64,000 nucleotides of DNA, from positions 1,136,442 to 1,200,441 of the forward strand of contig NMRA01000006.1 of the NCBI GenBank assembly GCA_002633005.1, read 5' to 3'. A program made the translations under genes and the position numbers. Below the pieces are notes generated by a model. The model saw only the letters and a list, made by a program, of their open reading frames with translations. It was not told the DNA's origin and ran no database searches. Position 1 is the stretch's first letter. Every line of letters begins with the position of its first letter. The DNA comes from Phoronis australis. Lineage: Eukaryota > Animalia > Phoronida. Shown here in pieces: positions 11,684 through 25,389 of the stretch.

Positions 11684-14600
11684 GGGTCCAAGTTGTCACT
11701 TCTGTGTTGATGTCCAGTGTCCATCCTCATATTTACGTAACCACGTGGAAGATCTTCATGATGTCTGATAAACATATTTCTATCTTGGAAGTGATGTACT
11801 CTGTCAAAGGTTGATGTGATCCAACTGCTGCTATTCCTTCTAGAGGTAATTTTAATGTTATGGGTTTGTTGTTCATGTGTCCTGCAATGGATTTCTTGGC
11901 AGATATGTTTGTATAAAGGAGCGGAATTCATCTGACATGTTCTAGACATGTCCATCGTTTTGTGTACCCTCTAGTAGTAATTTTAGTATTTTGTTATCTT
12001 TATTGCATCCATCTCTATCAGTCAAATGATGGAATTTGGTAGGTGAGGATTTTAGGATGGATCTAAATACCAGTATGTCCCCTATTGGCAGTTTTACTTT
12101 TGCACCTGCCGCAATTTCTCCCAAGTTCAAACTGTTGTGGAATTTAAGGGATGAGTTATCATTGATGAGAGCATGGCTGGCATTGAGTTGTTTTGATCAT
12201 CGTGATATCATTCAGTGAAAGTTATGTTGTTGTGTCTCAACGTTCTTTAATGGATGGTCATGGAATTTAGTTGGCATGTTTCCTCTAATGTTGACTTTTT
12301 TACATATCGTTCTAGTGCTGTGTCCCCTAGAAGTAATTTTATTATTCTTTGCTGCAGTCTCAATATCTGTCAGAATTGCCTGTGCCAATTTTGGAATGAC
12401 AACATTGCAATGACAACATTGCAATGACAACATTGCACCCCATGGCTTATGTTCACTAGTGTTACTCACTGAAGGATGTTGGAAAAATGAACAGCCTTAT
12501 ATCTCCCATTTGCGATGTACACAGTGGGCACATACCAAAGCTTTACGTTGCTCTGGTGTGGATGCTGTACATTCCAATATGTTCTATATTGTGATGGGCA
12601 GAAATCATGATTGTTGGTCCACGTTATTTTCAATAGAGGTGACGATCTCAACACTTGTTAGGTAATCAATTGAAATGTGATCTCTTTCTTTTGCCAATAC
12701 TACTTGTCAGGAATTGCTATTTGATAAAGTAGAATATATAGGGAGCATTAATTTTTGTCACACACAGTGCTTCGGGCCCAATCTGTCTCATCCACCGTTT
12801 TCATCACAGTGCAGCTCTAGACTTATGTTCAAAGTTTGTACAGCTTCATGGTGTTTTCTTCAGGTTAATCTCTCGTGGGTAGCATGTTTCTACGGACAAA
12901 AGGCTGACATTTCACATTGTCTTCAACTGATGTGACATGCAAACATATAATTTCACTTTTATTTGCATCCCAAGTAAGTGACGTTGTCCTTGCATGTTGA
13001 AGATGAAGAATACCAGCCGTACTTGCATTACATCCAACCACCGACAACTAATGTGGTGTGCAGCTTTTAAACCATAACCTGTGGTGTTCCAGAGTGTTTT
13101 TGTGACCAGTGTTAGTGTAGGAAATGGCACTGTGCAATGCATCTTAGTAACTGTTAGAGCACCAAGTGTTCCGTTAGAAATAATTACACCTTTTGTAAGT
13201 TAGTCAATCCTACTGTTTGCATATGAAAAACGCGAAATTTTTGTCAGGAACTGTGGATCTGCTAAGGAAGGGAATGTGATATTTTATAGTGAAAGTTGCC
13301 GTCATTTTCATGGAAAATTTAAATTCTTGTTAAACATTCTTTTCTACGTCTTTACACAATGGGGCACTAATGGTGTAAACATTGTTCAACAGACACTGGC
13401 CATGCACTGGCTACATGCAACACTGGCCATTTTGTTAGATGCAACATTGTCTGCATTTTGTTAGATGCAACATTGTCTGCATTTTTTTGTAATATGCTGT
13501 TCAAAGCAATGTCCATAAACAGGATGTAGTCATCTATCTGGTTTACTTAATTGTAGGTGAATGAATGAACACTGTAAATATGATTATGAGTAGCAAGTCA
13601 CTGTTATGACCCTCAGCAGAGTCAGAAGTATGTGCCTCCATTGCACGGAGCTCCCCCTGTTGCTCCACAATTAGGGTAAAGCGAAAATGAGATTTAGTTC
13701 ACCCACTGCATTGCTTTGTTTTCCGTTGATGCTGGGTCTTCCTTTTACTCAAATGTCACACTGCCCTGTGTGTATCATAGCCTCATGATTCTCCCAGTCA
13801 AATTTGAACTCTGACCTGGTACAAGAGTACAATCATACTAAAAAATTCAGATTTTTGGTTCTGTTCATCATCATACATATAGATATTATTTTGTATGTAC
13901 TATGTAATTTGTGAAAACATTCCATTCAGCTTGTAGAGTAGAACTCTACCAGCAGGGTATCTCAAAGATTTATTTACTCCTGAAACGGACACGAGAGGTG
14001 ACATTTCTGAAGGATAGCACTGCCTAGTAATTCCATGTGTTTAGGTTTGTTTTGTACTTAGAGACAATCACTGGCTGTGTGTGTATATTCTATAAATAAT
14101 GACTTGTCTGTTTACAACTTTTATACTTAAGACTTATGAAAACCTGGATATGTAAATAATTATGCAAAAATAAATAAACAAAAACAATTGTTATGGAATT
14201 ACGTTGTTGTTTGTGTATTAAGTTTACAGTTAAATTGTAGTTGAGCAGAGCCACCTGGCATAGACTAAATGTGCATTACACTTATATATCAAGATCTCAC
14301 TGTGGAGTAATTGTCCAGGAAGACACTAAAATAAATGACCAGCAAATAACATGCTACCTTGTCTGCATTACAAGTAGTTACACAATAGCTGCACTTGATT
14401 GATTTCACCTGTTCTGTTGGGTCAAGCGGCTTTCAAATCAATCAGATGTCTTGGATGGTTGACCCAGAGAATTCAATCAAGTGGGCCTAATGTTATTTGA
14501 GGCCACAAATAAAAAATTGCCATTAGATATGGACAAAAAAATTGTAGAAAATATTGTATTGGACAAGTACAAATACTCCAAGTTTGAACTAAAACACAAA

Positions 14601-15235
14601 TAAGACACTTTCATTCTTTTTCAGCACTTCTAGCACATTAAAGTCTAAAATTTACTTTCTGAGGTGTTTCATACACCAGTTTCTGGCACATTGCCAATTT
14701 TTCTCCAGTCTGAAAATCTGACTTTTCATATGATTAAAGTATGCACATGTGCAGAGAAATTAGAGAGTACAAAAATACCCGAGGAATTTCGAAAGCTTTA
14801 GCATTATTGTGTCGATTTACCACCACATGTAGGACCTTGTTTTTTGAGGCAACGCTCGAACACAGGTGTCAGTTCTTACAGGTACATATAAAAAGTAGAT
14901 TACAACCATTTTGTTTAACTGTAGTCTTTTAATTCACAACTGGTATCTAGGTGCTCTTCACATACAATGTAAGACTGTTCTCAGTTGGGCCCATTTGATA
15001 CTATGCCAATGTCTCGCTTACTGTACACAAAAATAATTGTAAAAAATAATTTTTTTCATTTTTCAAAGGCTTATGAATGTCTCGTGAATACCTACAATTT
15101 TTCAAAACATTGTATGATGGTAGCTCGTTAATAGGACTAAACTTGTCACATTTCACAAACACCCTGAAAGGATCTTAGGAGACTGGTTGTTGTATACACC
15201 GACATACCTAAGCACCGTATTGTGGAACCACATAA

Positions 15236-15813
15236 GGGCTGTTCCAGCAAAATCTGTGTGGGAGGGGGGGAAGGCAACTGAAATAAAAATTTATGGGTGG
15301 TTGCGTTTTACTTAAATTCAAAATGCCTGGTGGTCGTACTTCAAAAAAATTAAAATTTACAGGTCGTTGTTGTTTCATTGGGCCATAAATGTTTGATGGT
15401 GGGTAATTTTAGTAAATTTTACAAACAATCTGCACAGAATCAAAAACTGAAACAAAAATGCAACTTGCAAAGAGCTCCGACTTTTTCACTCCCTCCGATC
15501 TCCTCATCGGCATGCCCATAACACCATTTAACCACAGGTGCTCGAATTTCTCGATGGCTAATACAAATAACCATATATAAGAAACATATGTTTTCTTAGT
15601 AATGAATGACGTTAGTGGTGATGGAGGAACAGATAAACTCAATCGCCTGTGCAGTCAACCACAAGAACAAAAAAAAAATTACGGGTGGTTGCATTTCAAA
15701 CTTATAAAAAATTACGGGTGGTAGGCTGAAGAAATAAATGAAAAATATGGGTGGTGGGTGCGAAAAAAAGGTACCTTCCCCCCCCTCCCATACAGATTTT
15801 ACTGGAACAGCCC
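15236..15813 (+). mobile_element. PIF/Harbinger-like MITE, copy 1 (inside the 5' LTR)
   Basis: About 40-bp TIRs gggctgttccagcaaaatctgtgtgggagggg / cccctcccatacagattttactggaacagccc; 3-bp TSD TAA; near-identical inverted copy at 29894-30468. Confidence 0.85.
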
Positions 15814-15990
15814 TAAGTATTATCGTTGCACATCAATAGAGATTTAACCATGAAGTTCTTTGTCTTAAATCCAATAACTTTAAAACCCAAGTTGCTTCAT
15901 GGTGTCAGGTAAATGACCCACAACATGGGTGACTGAACAGGTGTTTTAGAAAGTTCAAACAAAGAGTCAACTTACTTTCAACAGACCCGT

Positions 15991-18900
15991 ATGGGAAAAA
16001 ATGACAGTGTCAAGGTTAATTACCAACTTTTATGGGTCGGCGACGAAGGCCGGGACATCCGCAATGCTAGGGAACTTACTGGTGACGATCTAGAAAGCCT
16101 GGCAGTGCATTATGAAAAGTTTGAAAAATACTGCAAGCCCAAAACAAACTTCCATGTGGCCCCATTCAAGTCATGTGCTCTCCAACAAATGGAGGGTGAA
16201 ACTATTGATGCGTTTTTAACATGTCAATTTGTGCAAAAATCGTTGCATCTGAGTGCAACTATGAACTATGCAGATACAAAGGAACAGCTTCTAGACATTA
16301 TTATGGCAGGTGTAAGGCAAGAAAACATACAGAAAAAAGTTATTGCCAAAGAAGATCTCACGTTAGATAGCTCATTAAGTATGATATGCAACCATGCGAC
16401 TGTAGTGGTACACATGCAGGACATTCAAAATAGTAAGACACCAACAATAGCGATGTACTCAATGACACCTGTGCTCAACCTAAACAGTTTGTCCAAAGAA
16501 AGAAGCCTGCTGTAAAAGAGATGGCAAGACAAACTTCGATCTGCTTCAACTGTGGTGGCAATCATACACGTGAGGAAGAAGCATGCACTGAGTATGGACT
16601 GGTCTTCAATTTTTGCAAAATGACGGGACACTTTGCCAACGTCTGAGACGCAAACAGAGAAACGAACAGACTAATTATGCCTCCCGTAAATGAAGTTAAA
16701 GAAAGCACAAACCCCCTCAACGTACAGGCAAGGTGCATAATGTTGACCAAAGAGTCGAAGTGTACACACTGTACACTATCGAAAATCAAAGCAAAACAAA
16801 ACTAAGACATTTGTCTACATCAAGATGCAGACTGCACAAAAGCGTAATGTGATGGTTCCATGTAATATCAATGCCAGTGCAGAGCTTAATGTCATGCACC
16901 TTCGTGTTTTCAAGCAAGTATGTTCCGACAACATTGATCAGAATGGACTACCTTGAACGAACTTGTCCCCTGCCCCCAACGTTGATTTATATGCTTATGG
17001 TGGAACTCCAATTAAAAAGAACTTTGGTGCCCTGGAGCTGCAAGCTAGTTTCAGTCACAAAACTCTGAATACTAAGTTCTACATTACTGACGTCATAAGT
17101 CCAACACTGATTAGTCTAGTTATGAGTGTTGAACTTGGATTGCTGCCTCTGGATACCCAAAACAGTCTCCATCATCAAATCGGCAAAACCACACAATCCA
17201 ACAACTGTATGAAACTGACGAAACTCCCAGACAATCCCAGTGAAGTGAAAACTTCTCAACACATACAACGACATGTTCAATGGTATTGGTCTATTCCCTG
17301 GTGAATATCACAAAACTCTTAGGCCAGACGCAGAACCAACAGTCAACCCACTGCGTCGAATCCCTGAAAGCCTAAAGGAACCTCTGAAGAAAGAGTTAAA
17401 TAGAATCGTTGATCTTGAAATCATCAAACCTGTCAAGGAAGCAAACCATTGGGTTCACAGTCTAGTGTATGTTCACAAACCCAATGGTGACCTCCGAGTG
17501 TGTCTTGATCCACTTGAGTTAAGTAAGTGGGTAAAGCGAGAACATTATAACACAAAAACACTCGACGACATACTCCCCATGTTCCACGGTGCGAAATACT
17601 TCAGCATTTTAGATGCAAAATCTGGTTATCGGAATGTGAAGTTAGACAAAGAATCATAAGAATTGTGTACGTTCAACACACCACAGCGAAGGTACTCCTT
17701 AATTTCTTCGTCTACCATTTGGCCTCATTTCCCGCCAAGATGTCTTCCAACGGAAGATCAACTCAATTTTTGAAGGGTAACCTGATATCATTGTCTTTGG
17801 CAAAACAGCTGAGGAACACGACAACAACCTAATATCTGCGATTCATCGGGCAAAGGACCAACGACTTTGTCTTAATCCTGACACGTGTCGTATTAAGGAA
17901 CAGAAAATCAAGTTCTTTGGGAACCAAAAATGGTGCAGATGGTCTTGAACCAGACCCTAACAAAATTTCTGCAATCGTCAACATGAAACCACCATGTGAC
18001 ACATGACAGTTGCAGTCCTTCCTAGGCATGCATGGTCAACTACCTTGCAAGATTTACCCTCAACTTGTCTGCGTTATGCAAACCACTGCTAGACATTATC
18101 AAGAAAGTCTCTGAGTAAGTTTGGTGTCGAGCCCAAAAAAAGGCATTCAAAGGTGTTAAGAAGGTATTAGCTCTACGTCAGCTTTACCTTACCTTGATCT
18201 GAAACTCCCAGTTACTGTGCAAACAGATGCAAGTAAACCCGGACTTGGAACCGTGTTGAACCAGAACAAATGCCCAGTTGCCTTCGCAAGCAAGAGTCTC
18301 CCTGACACCGAGTCTAACTACTGTAACATTGAAAGAGAAATGCTAGCTATTGTCTTTGGACTTGAACGCTTTCATCATTACGTGTTTGGGCGACCTGTGA
18401 GAATTGAAACTGACCACAAACCGCTCATGAGTATCACCAAGAAGAACCTATCAAGCGCCCCACCTAGACTGTTAGTTCGCATACGGCAGTAAGACTTTCC
18501 GGTGACCTACACTCCGGGAAAGAACAATCCTGTTCCTGACGCTATCTCTAGAAACTCACTTCCTGGTTCTGCTATCTCCGATATGGACGTGAACATTCAC
18601 AGTCTAGTCAGTGTAACAAAGCCGCGCTTACAAGATATTCGACAACTAGCCGAACAGGACGAACACCTAGCCCAGCTCAAGCAAGCAATCACCCAAGGCT
18701 GGCCTGATTCCAAAGCTGCTTGTCCTATCAGTGTACACGATTATTGGACGTATCTTGATGAACTGTCACTTTATGATGGAATCATCGTGAAAGGAGATCG
18801 TGTCATCATCCCCAAAATCTTAAATTCATACGTAATGGAAAAGTTACACCTTGAACACCCTGGTATAGAGAAATTCAAACTTCGAGCCAAGTTGTCTGAA

Positions 18901-19867
18901 TTTTGGCCCAGATATTGAGCTTATGGAGCAATCTTGTGCCTCGTGTCAACGCAACCAATCGTCGCAACAAAAAGAGCCAATTCTGCACATCGAAGCCCAG
19001 CATCCATGGGTTGTCATTGGTTCTGATTTGTTACAGTGGAACAATAACTCATACATACTGATCGTCGACTATTACAGTTCATTCTGTATTGTTCCCAAGC
19101 TTTCGTTTATGAGTTTGTCAAGAATTATACAACAACTACGTAAAAATGGTATCCTGGTATCCCACATTCCTTTGAGAGCGATAAGAATCCACAATACAGC
19201 AATGACGAATTTCGAAGATTTGCTGAAGAGTATGATTTCAAGCATGTGACTAGCTCCCCGCACTGTCCTCAAGCTAATGGAAAAGCAGAAAGACAGAAAG
19301 AGATGTCTCTAAAAATCGTTAGAATATGGAGATGATCCACTACTATGTCTATGCACTATGCCCATTGACCCTGGATTACCTTCTCCAGTCAAATACATGC
19401 TCAACCGGAAGGTTTGTTCAAATCTACCTGTCGTCAACAACAAAGAAAAGGAACTTCCATATCCTGCAAAGTCCACAAAGCAAGTTGAATATTACAACCA
19501 ACATGCAAGACCACATAAAGACCTTAGTGACAACCAACACGTCAAAGTGCAAAACCCTATCTCTAAGAAATGGGAACCTACGACAGTCGTAAAGAAGCGT
19601 GAACAAGCACCTCGCTCATACATTGTTCGCAAATCTACTGGCGTTGAAGTTCGGCAAAACTGTCGACACATTTGTTCTACGAAAGAAGAGCCACAGCCTC
19701 CCGATGACTACACCCCATACGTGGAAAAAGTCATACAACTGAATGTGCAAGGAGAAGCAAAACACCTGGATGTGCCCGATGGAATGTCAACCACTACGGA
19801 CGATGGTCTCTACCACACCAGATCGGGACGAGCTGTAAAGCCCGCTGCGAGATTTCACGACATGTGA
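15991..19867 (+). pseudogene. Disrupted gag-pol of the Gypsy element
   Basis: ORF pieces 15991-16515, 16963-17304, 17273-17659, 18217-18492, 18502-18918, 18923-19249 and 19358-19867 in Gag-PR-RT-RH-IN order. Confidence 0.9.
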
Positions 19868-21150
19868 AAAACACTATATATACTCACATATAGTTAGAAT
19901 GTGTTTACAAGTTTAGACTTTAGTAATACCTTTATGTTAGTGACTTTATGACCGACAATATGACATGGTTACTGGACTGTACCTTACTTATTGTGCTTAA
20001 ACCTTTTTTTAAACAAGAGGATATGCTGTATACACGTACCTAAGTCCGGTATTGCGGAGCCACATAGAATGTAAGTATTACCGTTGCACACTAGTAGAGA
20101 GTTAACCAATGCATTCTATGTCTTAAATCCAATAACTTAAAAACCCATGTTGCTTCACTGGTATGCATGAAAAATAACAGAATTGCCACAAGGGGGTGCC
20201 ACAGTGGTTGAACCCATCTGAAAATCAATGCAGTCATGCTATTGTCAGTATAAAGAACACATTTGAAAATTTTCTTAATGATCCTTTGACAGTTTGGCGG
20301 ATAGAGATGCTGAGGGAAAAAAAATTAAAAATAATAAAAATGTCAGACAGGTGGCACGGAATACGTCTAGTTGATCCAAAAATAAAAAGTATTTGTCATC
20401 TCCTAAATAGAAACTTATTTGCCAAATTTCATGAAATAAAGGCAAGGAACTCTGAGGATACAAAAGCAAATGCAAAAACTGAAATTGCCAGTAGAGGGTC
20501 AAATTTCATGAAACAAAACTTAAGTTACGTGGGTGCATAACTTAATGAAAAAATAAACAAAATTTTACTTGATCATCATATTGCGTTCTGAATTAGTGAA
20601 ATTTAACTTTGTATTTCACTCTCCAGACCCACCCTCTCAATTTGTGTTCTTCATTGCTGGCTAATGAATTTGTCAGCTTATTCTAAACAAACAAGCCTTT
20701 ATTTGTTTTTCATGAATACAGTAAAATTGGCATAATTCGGATACAACCAGACCAAAAGATGTTATCAGAGTTCGGTTAAATTCTAATGGTACGAACTGGA
20801 ACAACCGTGCCACAGAATTTTGTCCGAGTCAATGGGAAATTTGCCTTATACATGTTTGACTTGTACATAATCCGACTTATGACAGTTTTACTATCGATAT
20901 CAACTAAACAAGAGCCATCCCCACTTTTGTTATGTGAACAGGCAAGCATCTCTTCAGAAAATGATGGCCTTTGAGAAAATGAGCAATCTCTACAAAATTT
21001 CATTCTCTAAGGGCGAGCAAGCTCTCTACATCTCACAAATCATCCTTAACTTTGACCGAAGATGGATATTTGTCACAGTGACCATATTCAGCTCTCCACC
21101 GCCAGACTCTCAATCCTTCATGTCCAACTCTTTGCTCAGAGTGTGGACTG

Positions 21151-24100
21151 TCACCAGACTTTGTTCTCCAGTACTAACTTCTCTGCTCCTTTCATGTTCT
21201 CCACTGTCGTGTTCTTGAGCGCTATCGCGAATAACAGCGGCTTATCCGACTTGATTTGAGCTGCCAGACTACGTGACATCACATGTATCTCTGGCTGTAA
21301 CATATCAAATGAAAATGTGAATGGTGTAATTGTACTCACATCAGTAAAAGTGCTAATACACCTGCCTTCCTTCCAAGAGAAAACTTTTTCTTTATACCAC
21401 ATAAAGCGAGTCTTATCTTGTTCCTTCGTAAGATGAGATGTGGCTTTTGGGCCTGAAGAGATCTGACAGTTATTGCTTGCGACCATGCCCGGTATATAAA
21501 ATGGTCCACCATGGTAAGCTTGGTTTCAAACATGTCAGTAAAGTACTTCTCAAGTCCCTAGACAAATTACTTCTAGTCCAAGTAACTAAGAGTTGACACC
21601 AGTTACATAATGGTACAGTGTACAGTGTACAGTCATGTAAGTGGTCTAAAGCAAAAGTGAACCACAAAAGCGTAACTATAGACAAAAATAAGCAACATCT
21701 GGTTGTCATCGTCTACCAGCAGAAATATATGATGCATTTTGCAATGCAGAACTTATTAAGACGAAATTGAATTTTCTTGATTCTGAAGACTTTGGTGTTC
21801 ATTATATTCCTCAGATACAAAGTCAGTCTGGGGAGGGGGTGGCAGGGCGGGGCGGGGCGGGGNGGGGCGGGTACTGTAACTGTCTATTCAGAATACGTAA
21901 CAACAAAACATGTGTAGCCAATACTGTACCCAAATTTAGGAAATGGGAATTTTTTCTGTCTTAGTGTAACTCATGAATTTGTAATGGACAATAATGCCCA
22001 TTAAAGATTTGGTACAAGCAAAAGAAGTTGTCACTGTCTCAAACTGCTGAAGCTTTACCTTATTTGCTCTTCCAAAGCAATATGGTTGCATTCTTATCTC
22101 TTGTTTTAATAAAATATGGTCACTAACAGTAAATCACTGGGGATCTCCTTAATGGCCCAGTTACCATGGCAACTGAAACTAACCCAGTGTAAACCTTTTC
22201 TGTCAGTTCTTCTCAAGTCAAAAAATTATGTGTAATCCGTGTAAGGAACAAGATGATCAATTTCACAAGTCCATTAAGTGGCCTACATAAAGTAAGTTTT
22301 TAACTGAAGGCATGGGAGTATTGCCCCTTTAAGACTTCTAATTTTTGTCTGTATTGCATTATCTGCTCTCATTAATACCTTGTCAAACATTTAATGTTTA
22401 AATGTTAATAATATCTGACAAAAATACAATTCAATGGCACAACAAAATGTTTGTTAACAATAAATGTGACACCATCACTACGATGATGTGAAGACAAGAC
22501 AGATGGCTCACATCCTATCAATGTGACACCATCACTACGATGATGTGAAGACAAGACAGATGGCTCACATCCTATCAATGTGACACCATCACTACGATGA
22601 TGTGAAGACAAGATAGATGGCGCCACATCCTATCAAATTAGTCTGGCATGCGTAATCAAAAGAAAGTGATTTACAATAAAACCAAACTTCTAATTACAGT
22701 AATGCTTCAATTATTTTACACAAAAATAATTGCAGAAATGGCAGTTGTTCTACTTTTCAATGACTGATTACCTTTTTGCAAATAATGAGGATTTTAGCAA
22801 ATGTTGTTTTGTGACACTGCAAACTATGATTTGTTGATAAATCTAACAAAACAATTATTAATACTCACACATATTGTGTGCTAAGAATTACGACAATATG
22901 AGCACACTTTTTACCTCATCCTTGCCAAGTAGAACTGAAGTTGAAAAAGTTGACATGGATCCTGGTTGTAAAGCTGCATCTTTTGTGACCAGAACCAATG
23001 TCCCAAGTTTTTGATACTGTGTCACGACTATGAACAATTTGTCACCAAAGTTGGTGCACACAACATCAGTGTGAATGTCTTTGACAATCCCAGCAGCCTG
23101 TAAGTCAGAATACAACACAACTGTATAACTGTCCATTGTATTTTTCGTAACAAACATTATTAAAAAAAAATTACTGCAGCACCACAAAAGTCTAGCCTTC
23201 GTGCAAAGCTGTATACTAATCAATATACACCTTTGCCGCCATGTGAGTAGAAAAACTGCATGGCCAAATAGAAGGTGAAACAAAACTATTGTCATTAAAA
23301 TCTACACTATCCATTGAGTAAACTAAATTACTTGACGGTGCTAGAAAAACTGGCATTCTACCCTTACTCTTTAGCTATAGTTGTGGATCTTATGCGTTGA
23401 CTTAAGGTGCCATGAAATATAGCATTACCTATGGCCAGTTTCTTTTTTTGCCGATTCTCCAATCAACTGTTCTTCTTTCATGAGGTTGTGTATATGTCAT
23501 TACAAATTATCAGAAATGTATGGTTTCATTTATAGTTACAAGTATTTTAATACCTGCAAACCGAATTTCAGAACAAATTTTGCTTTTGTGAAGCTGTCAT
23601 TATAACCTGGAGACACGCATCATTTCCTATACTTTTGCAACATCTCTTAATTGGGAGATTATGACAGTAATTCGCAGCAGCAATTTGTTCTGAAATTCAA
23701 TTTGCTGGTATCAAAATTCTAAAACTTATAATCCAGTGAAACCAGTTCCGATAATTTGCAGTGACATGTACGTAACCTTGTGAAAGATCAACAGCTTATT
23801 GAAGAATTAGCGAAAAGGAAACTGGCCAATAGGTGACGCTATAATTCATGATCATTCCACAACTTTAGTGACAGAATAACGGTAGAACGCCAATTTTCAG
23901 ACATCGGTAAATAATTTAGTTTATTCAAGGAAGAGAATAGTTTTCAATGACACTAATTTTGTGTCAGCTTTAATCTGGTCAGTTTTTTACACACACTGGC
24001 CGCGACTGGCGCAAAACTGTAAATTTCTGTTTAGGCCTGCGGCCTACGACAGAGCTTGCAACAAGGCGATTGGTCAGAGGGTAAGACATATGACTCATAA

Positions 24101-24219
24101 CTTTTAGTGTCAAAACCTGCATGCACAGGTTGAAACCAGTGCATAACTAAGTATTGTTCTCTAAATCACACCTGTTTACTATTGATCACAGATTTAGAAG
24201 ATTTCATGGGCGCAGACAT
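21151..24219 (-). CDS. PSMG3: Proteasome assembly chaperone 3 (PAC3), 125 aa, 3 exons
   Basis: Exons 24219-24172 (MSAPMKSSKSVINSKQ), 23097-22915 (AAGIVKDIHTDVVCTNFGDKLFIVVTQYQKLGTLV...VLLGKDE) and 21294-21151 (PEIHVMSRSL...ENKVW*). All introns are phase-0 GT-AG; matches the PSMG3 VVTQxxKxGTL and VLLGxDEPxIHV motifs. Confidence 0.93.
22463..22637. repeat. 57-bp tandem repeat x3 in a PSMG3 intron
   Basis: Unit aatgtgacaccatcactacgatgatgtgaagacaagacagatggctcacatcctatc. Confidence 0.9.
23230..24005. mobile_element. Diverged foldback (long inverted-repeat) element in PSMG3 intron 1
   Basis: The left arm (e.g. tatggccagtttc, gaatttcagaacaaatt) is mirrored by the right arm (gaaactggccaata, aatttgttctgaaattc); centre near 23630. 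Confidence 0.65.
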
Positions 24220-24545
24220 TTTCCTTCTAAAACGAGGCAACGGAGCAATAATTTACCAGACCTCGGACCAGTCCGAGACCAGACTGAGCAAAAACTCAGC
24301 ATTTTATTTTAAAACCTACACATTTTCTGATATTTTGCCATCATTTGTGTCTCATTAGAAATTAACTTATAAATTAATGGGTTTTAAAATTGTTACTATG
24401 AAACTTAGTAGGCTAGGTATAACTTGGTGAAAATTTACTAAAACAAACTATCCCCGTATGTTGACAGGCGAATGGCTGAGCAGTCGGCAGACCGTAGGCG
24501 TACTGCAGTCGAATCAAATTTTGGAGGATTGTAAACAGAAGGGTA
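24220..24545. promoter_or_regulatory. Putative bidirectional promoter of PSMG3/CLIP4 with a possible non-coding CLIP4 exon 1
   Basis: Head-to-head arrangement, locally CpG-containing, candidate donor gaagg|gtaatg near 24542. The TSS cannot be seen in the sequence. Confidence 0.45.
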
Positions 24546-24730
24546 ATGCACAAGTTGTGTGCTGTGTTTCCTTAGTGTCTAGTCTAAAGGTTAAAGTCTC
24601 TTCATACAGTAGGCCTACTGTATCTGTGATTATATCAAATCAATCACACCATCCCCCAAAAGTAGGCCAGTGATCACCGTCTGAGTCTTGTCTATCCCCT
24701 CTCTCTAGCTCTACCGACTCTAGCTGGCCC

Positions 24731-25389
24731 AGTAGAGACGGTGGAGCTCCTATAGGATCTTCATACGCCGGAAGCTTTTAGACAAATTATGCCTCACATT
24801 GACTAAAGCATCAAAGTCACGTTGTTATAAATACCTTTTGCACAGGGAACATCTTAGCATGGGCAGCACAGCACTGAAAAAAAACGTGGAGCACCACCTA
24901 TAGACTATGTGCGGCGTAGCACTGAAAAAGGTGAGGGATCTATAGCCCCCAGCCCCCATGGTGCGCTGCCCATGCTTAGGAGGCCGTCGATATCTTTAAT
25001 TCCTTCAAACTCGAACAAATATTCTTATAATTATCAAACTTTTTGCTCGAGCAGTCCCTCGTTAAGTTCCCAAAACCAGTAACTGCATGGTCATTTTTAC
25101 ACTGCGCACGCCAGGGGATAGGATGTCATACTACCTGCCGTGCACAGTGTTAAAAAGGGCCATTTTCCGATTTTGGGAACTGCAACGAGGGACTGCTTGA
25201 AGGAAACGGGAGCAACGTGTTCGAGTTGGAAGGAATTAAAGACATCGACGGCCTCCTACTAAGGTGTCCCTCTATGTGTATTAGGTATTTATAACAACGT
25301 GACTTTGATGCTTAAGTCAATGTGAGGCATAATTTGCTTAAAACCTTTGGGCGTATGAAGCTCCTACAGGAGCTACACCGTCTCTACAT
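24731..25389. mobile_element. Foldback/palindromic MITE with a nested mini-MITE (24858-24973)
   Basis: gtagagacggtggagctcc...aaagtcacgttgttataaatacc is mirrored by ggtatttataacaacgtgactttg...ccgtctctac. The nested catgggcagc...gctgcccatg is flanked by cttag. Confidence 0.8.

Larger units (their letters stand above)
15188..20157 (+). mobile_element. Degenerate full-length Ty3/Gypsy LTR retrotransposon (Mag-like)
   Basis: 5' LTR 15188-15899 (TG...CA, interrupted by a MITE) and 3' LTR 20024-20157. TSD ctggt on both sides. PBS tggtgtcagg at 15900; purine tract before the 3' LTR. Internal gag (15991-16515), zinc knuckle CFNCGGNH, RT (KPNGDLRVCLDP, FSILDAKSGY), RNase H (QTDAS, NIEREMLAI, ETDHKPL) and integrase fragments, with many stops and frameshifts. 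Confidence 0.92.

Noticed and set aside
15409-15642. ORF duplicated at 30064-30294
   Set aside because: Internal MITE sequence with no transposase motifs.
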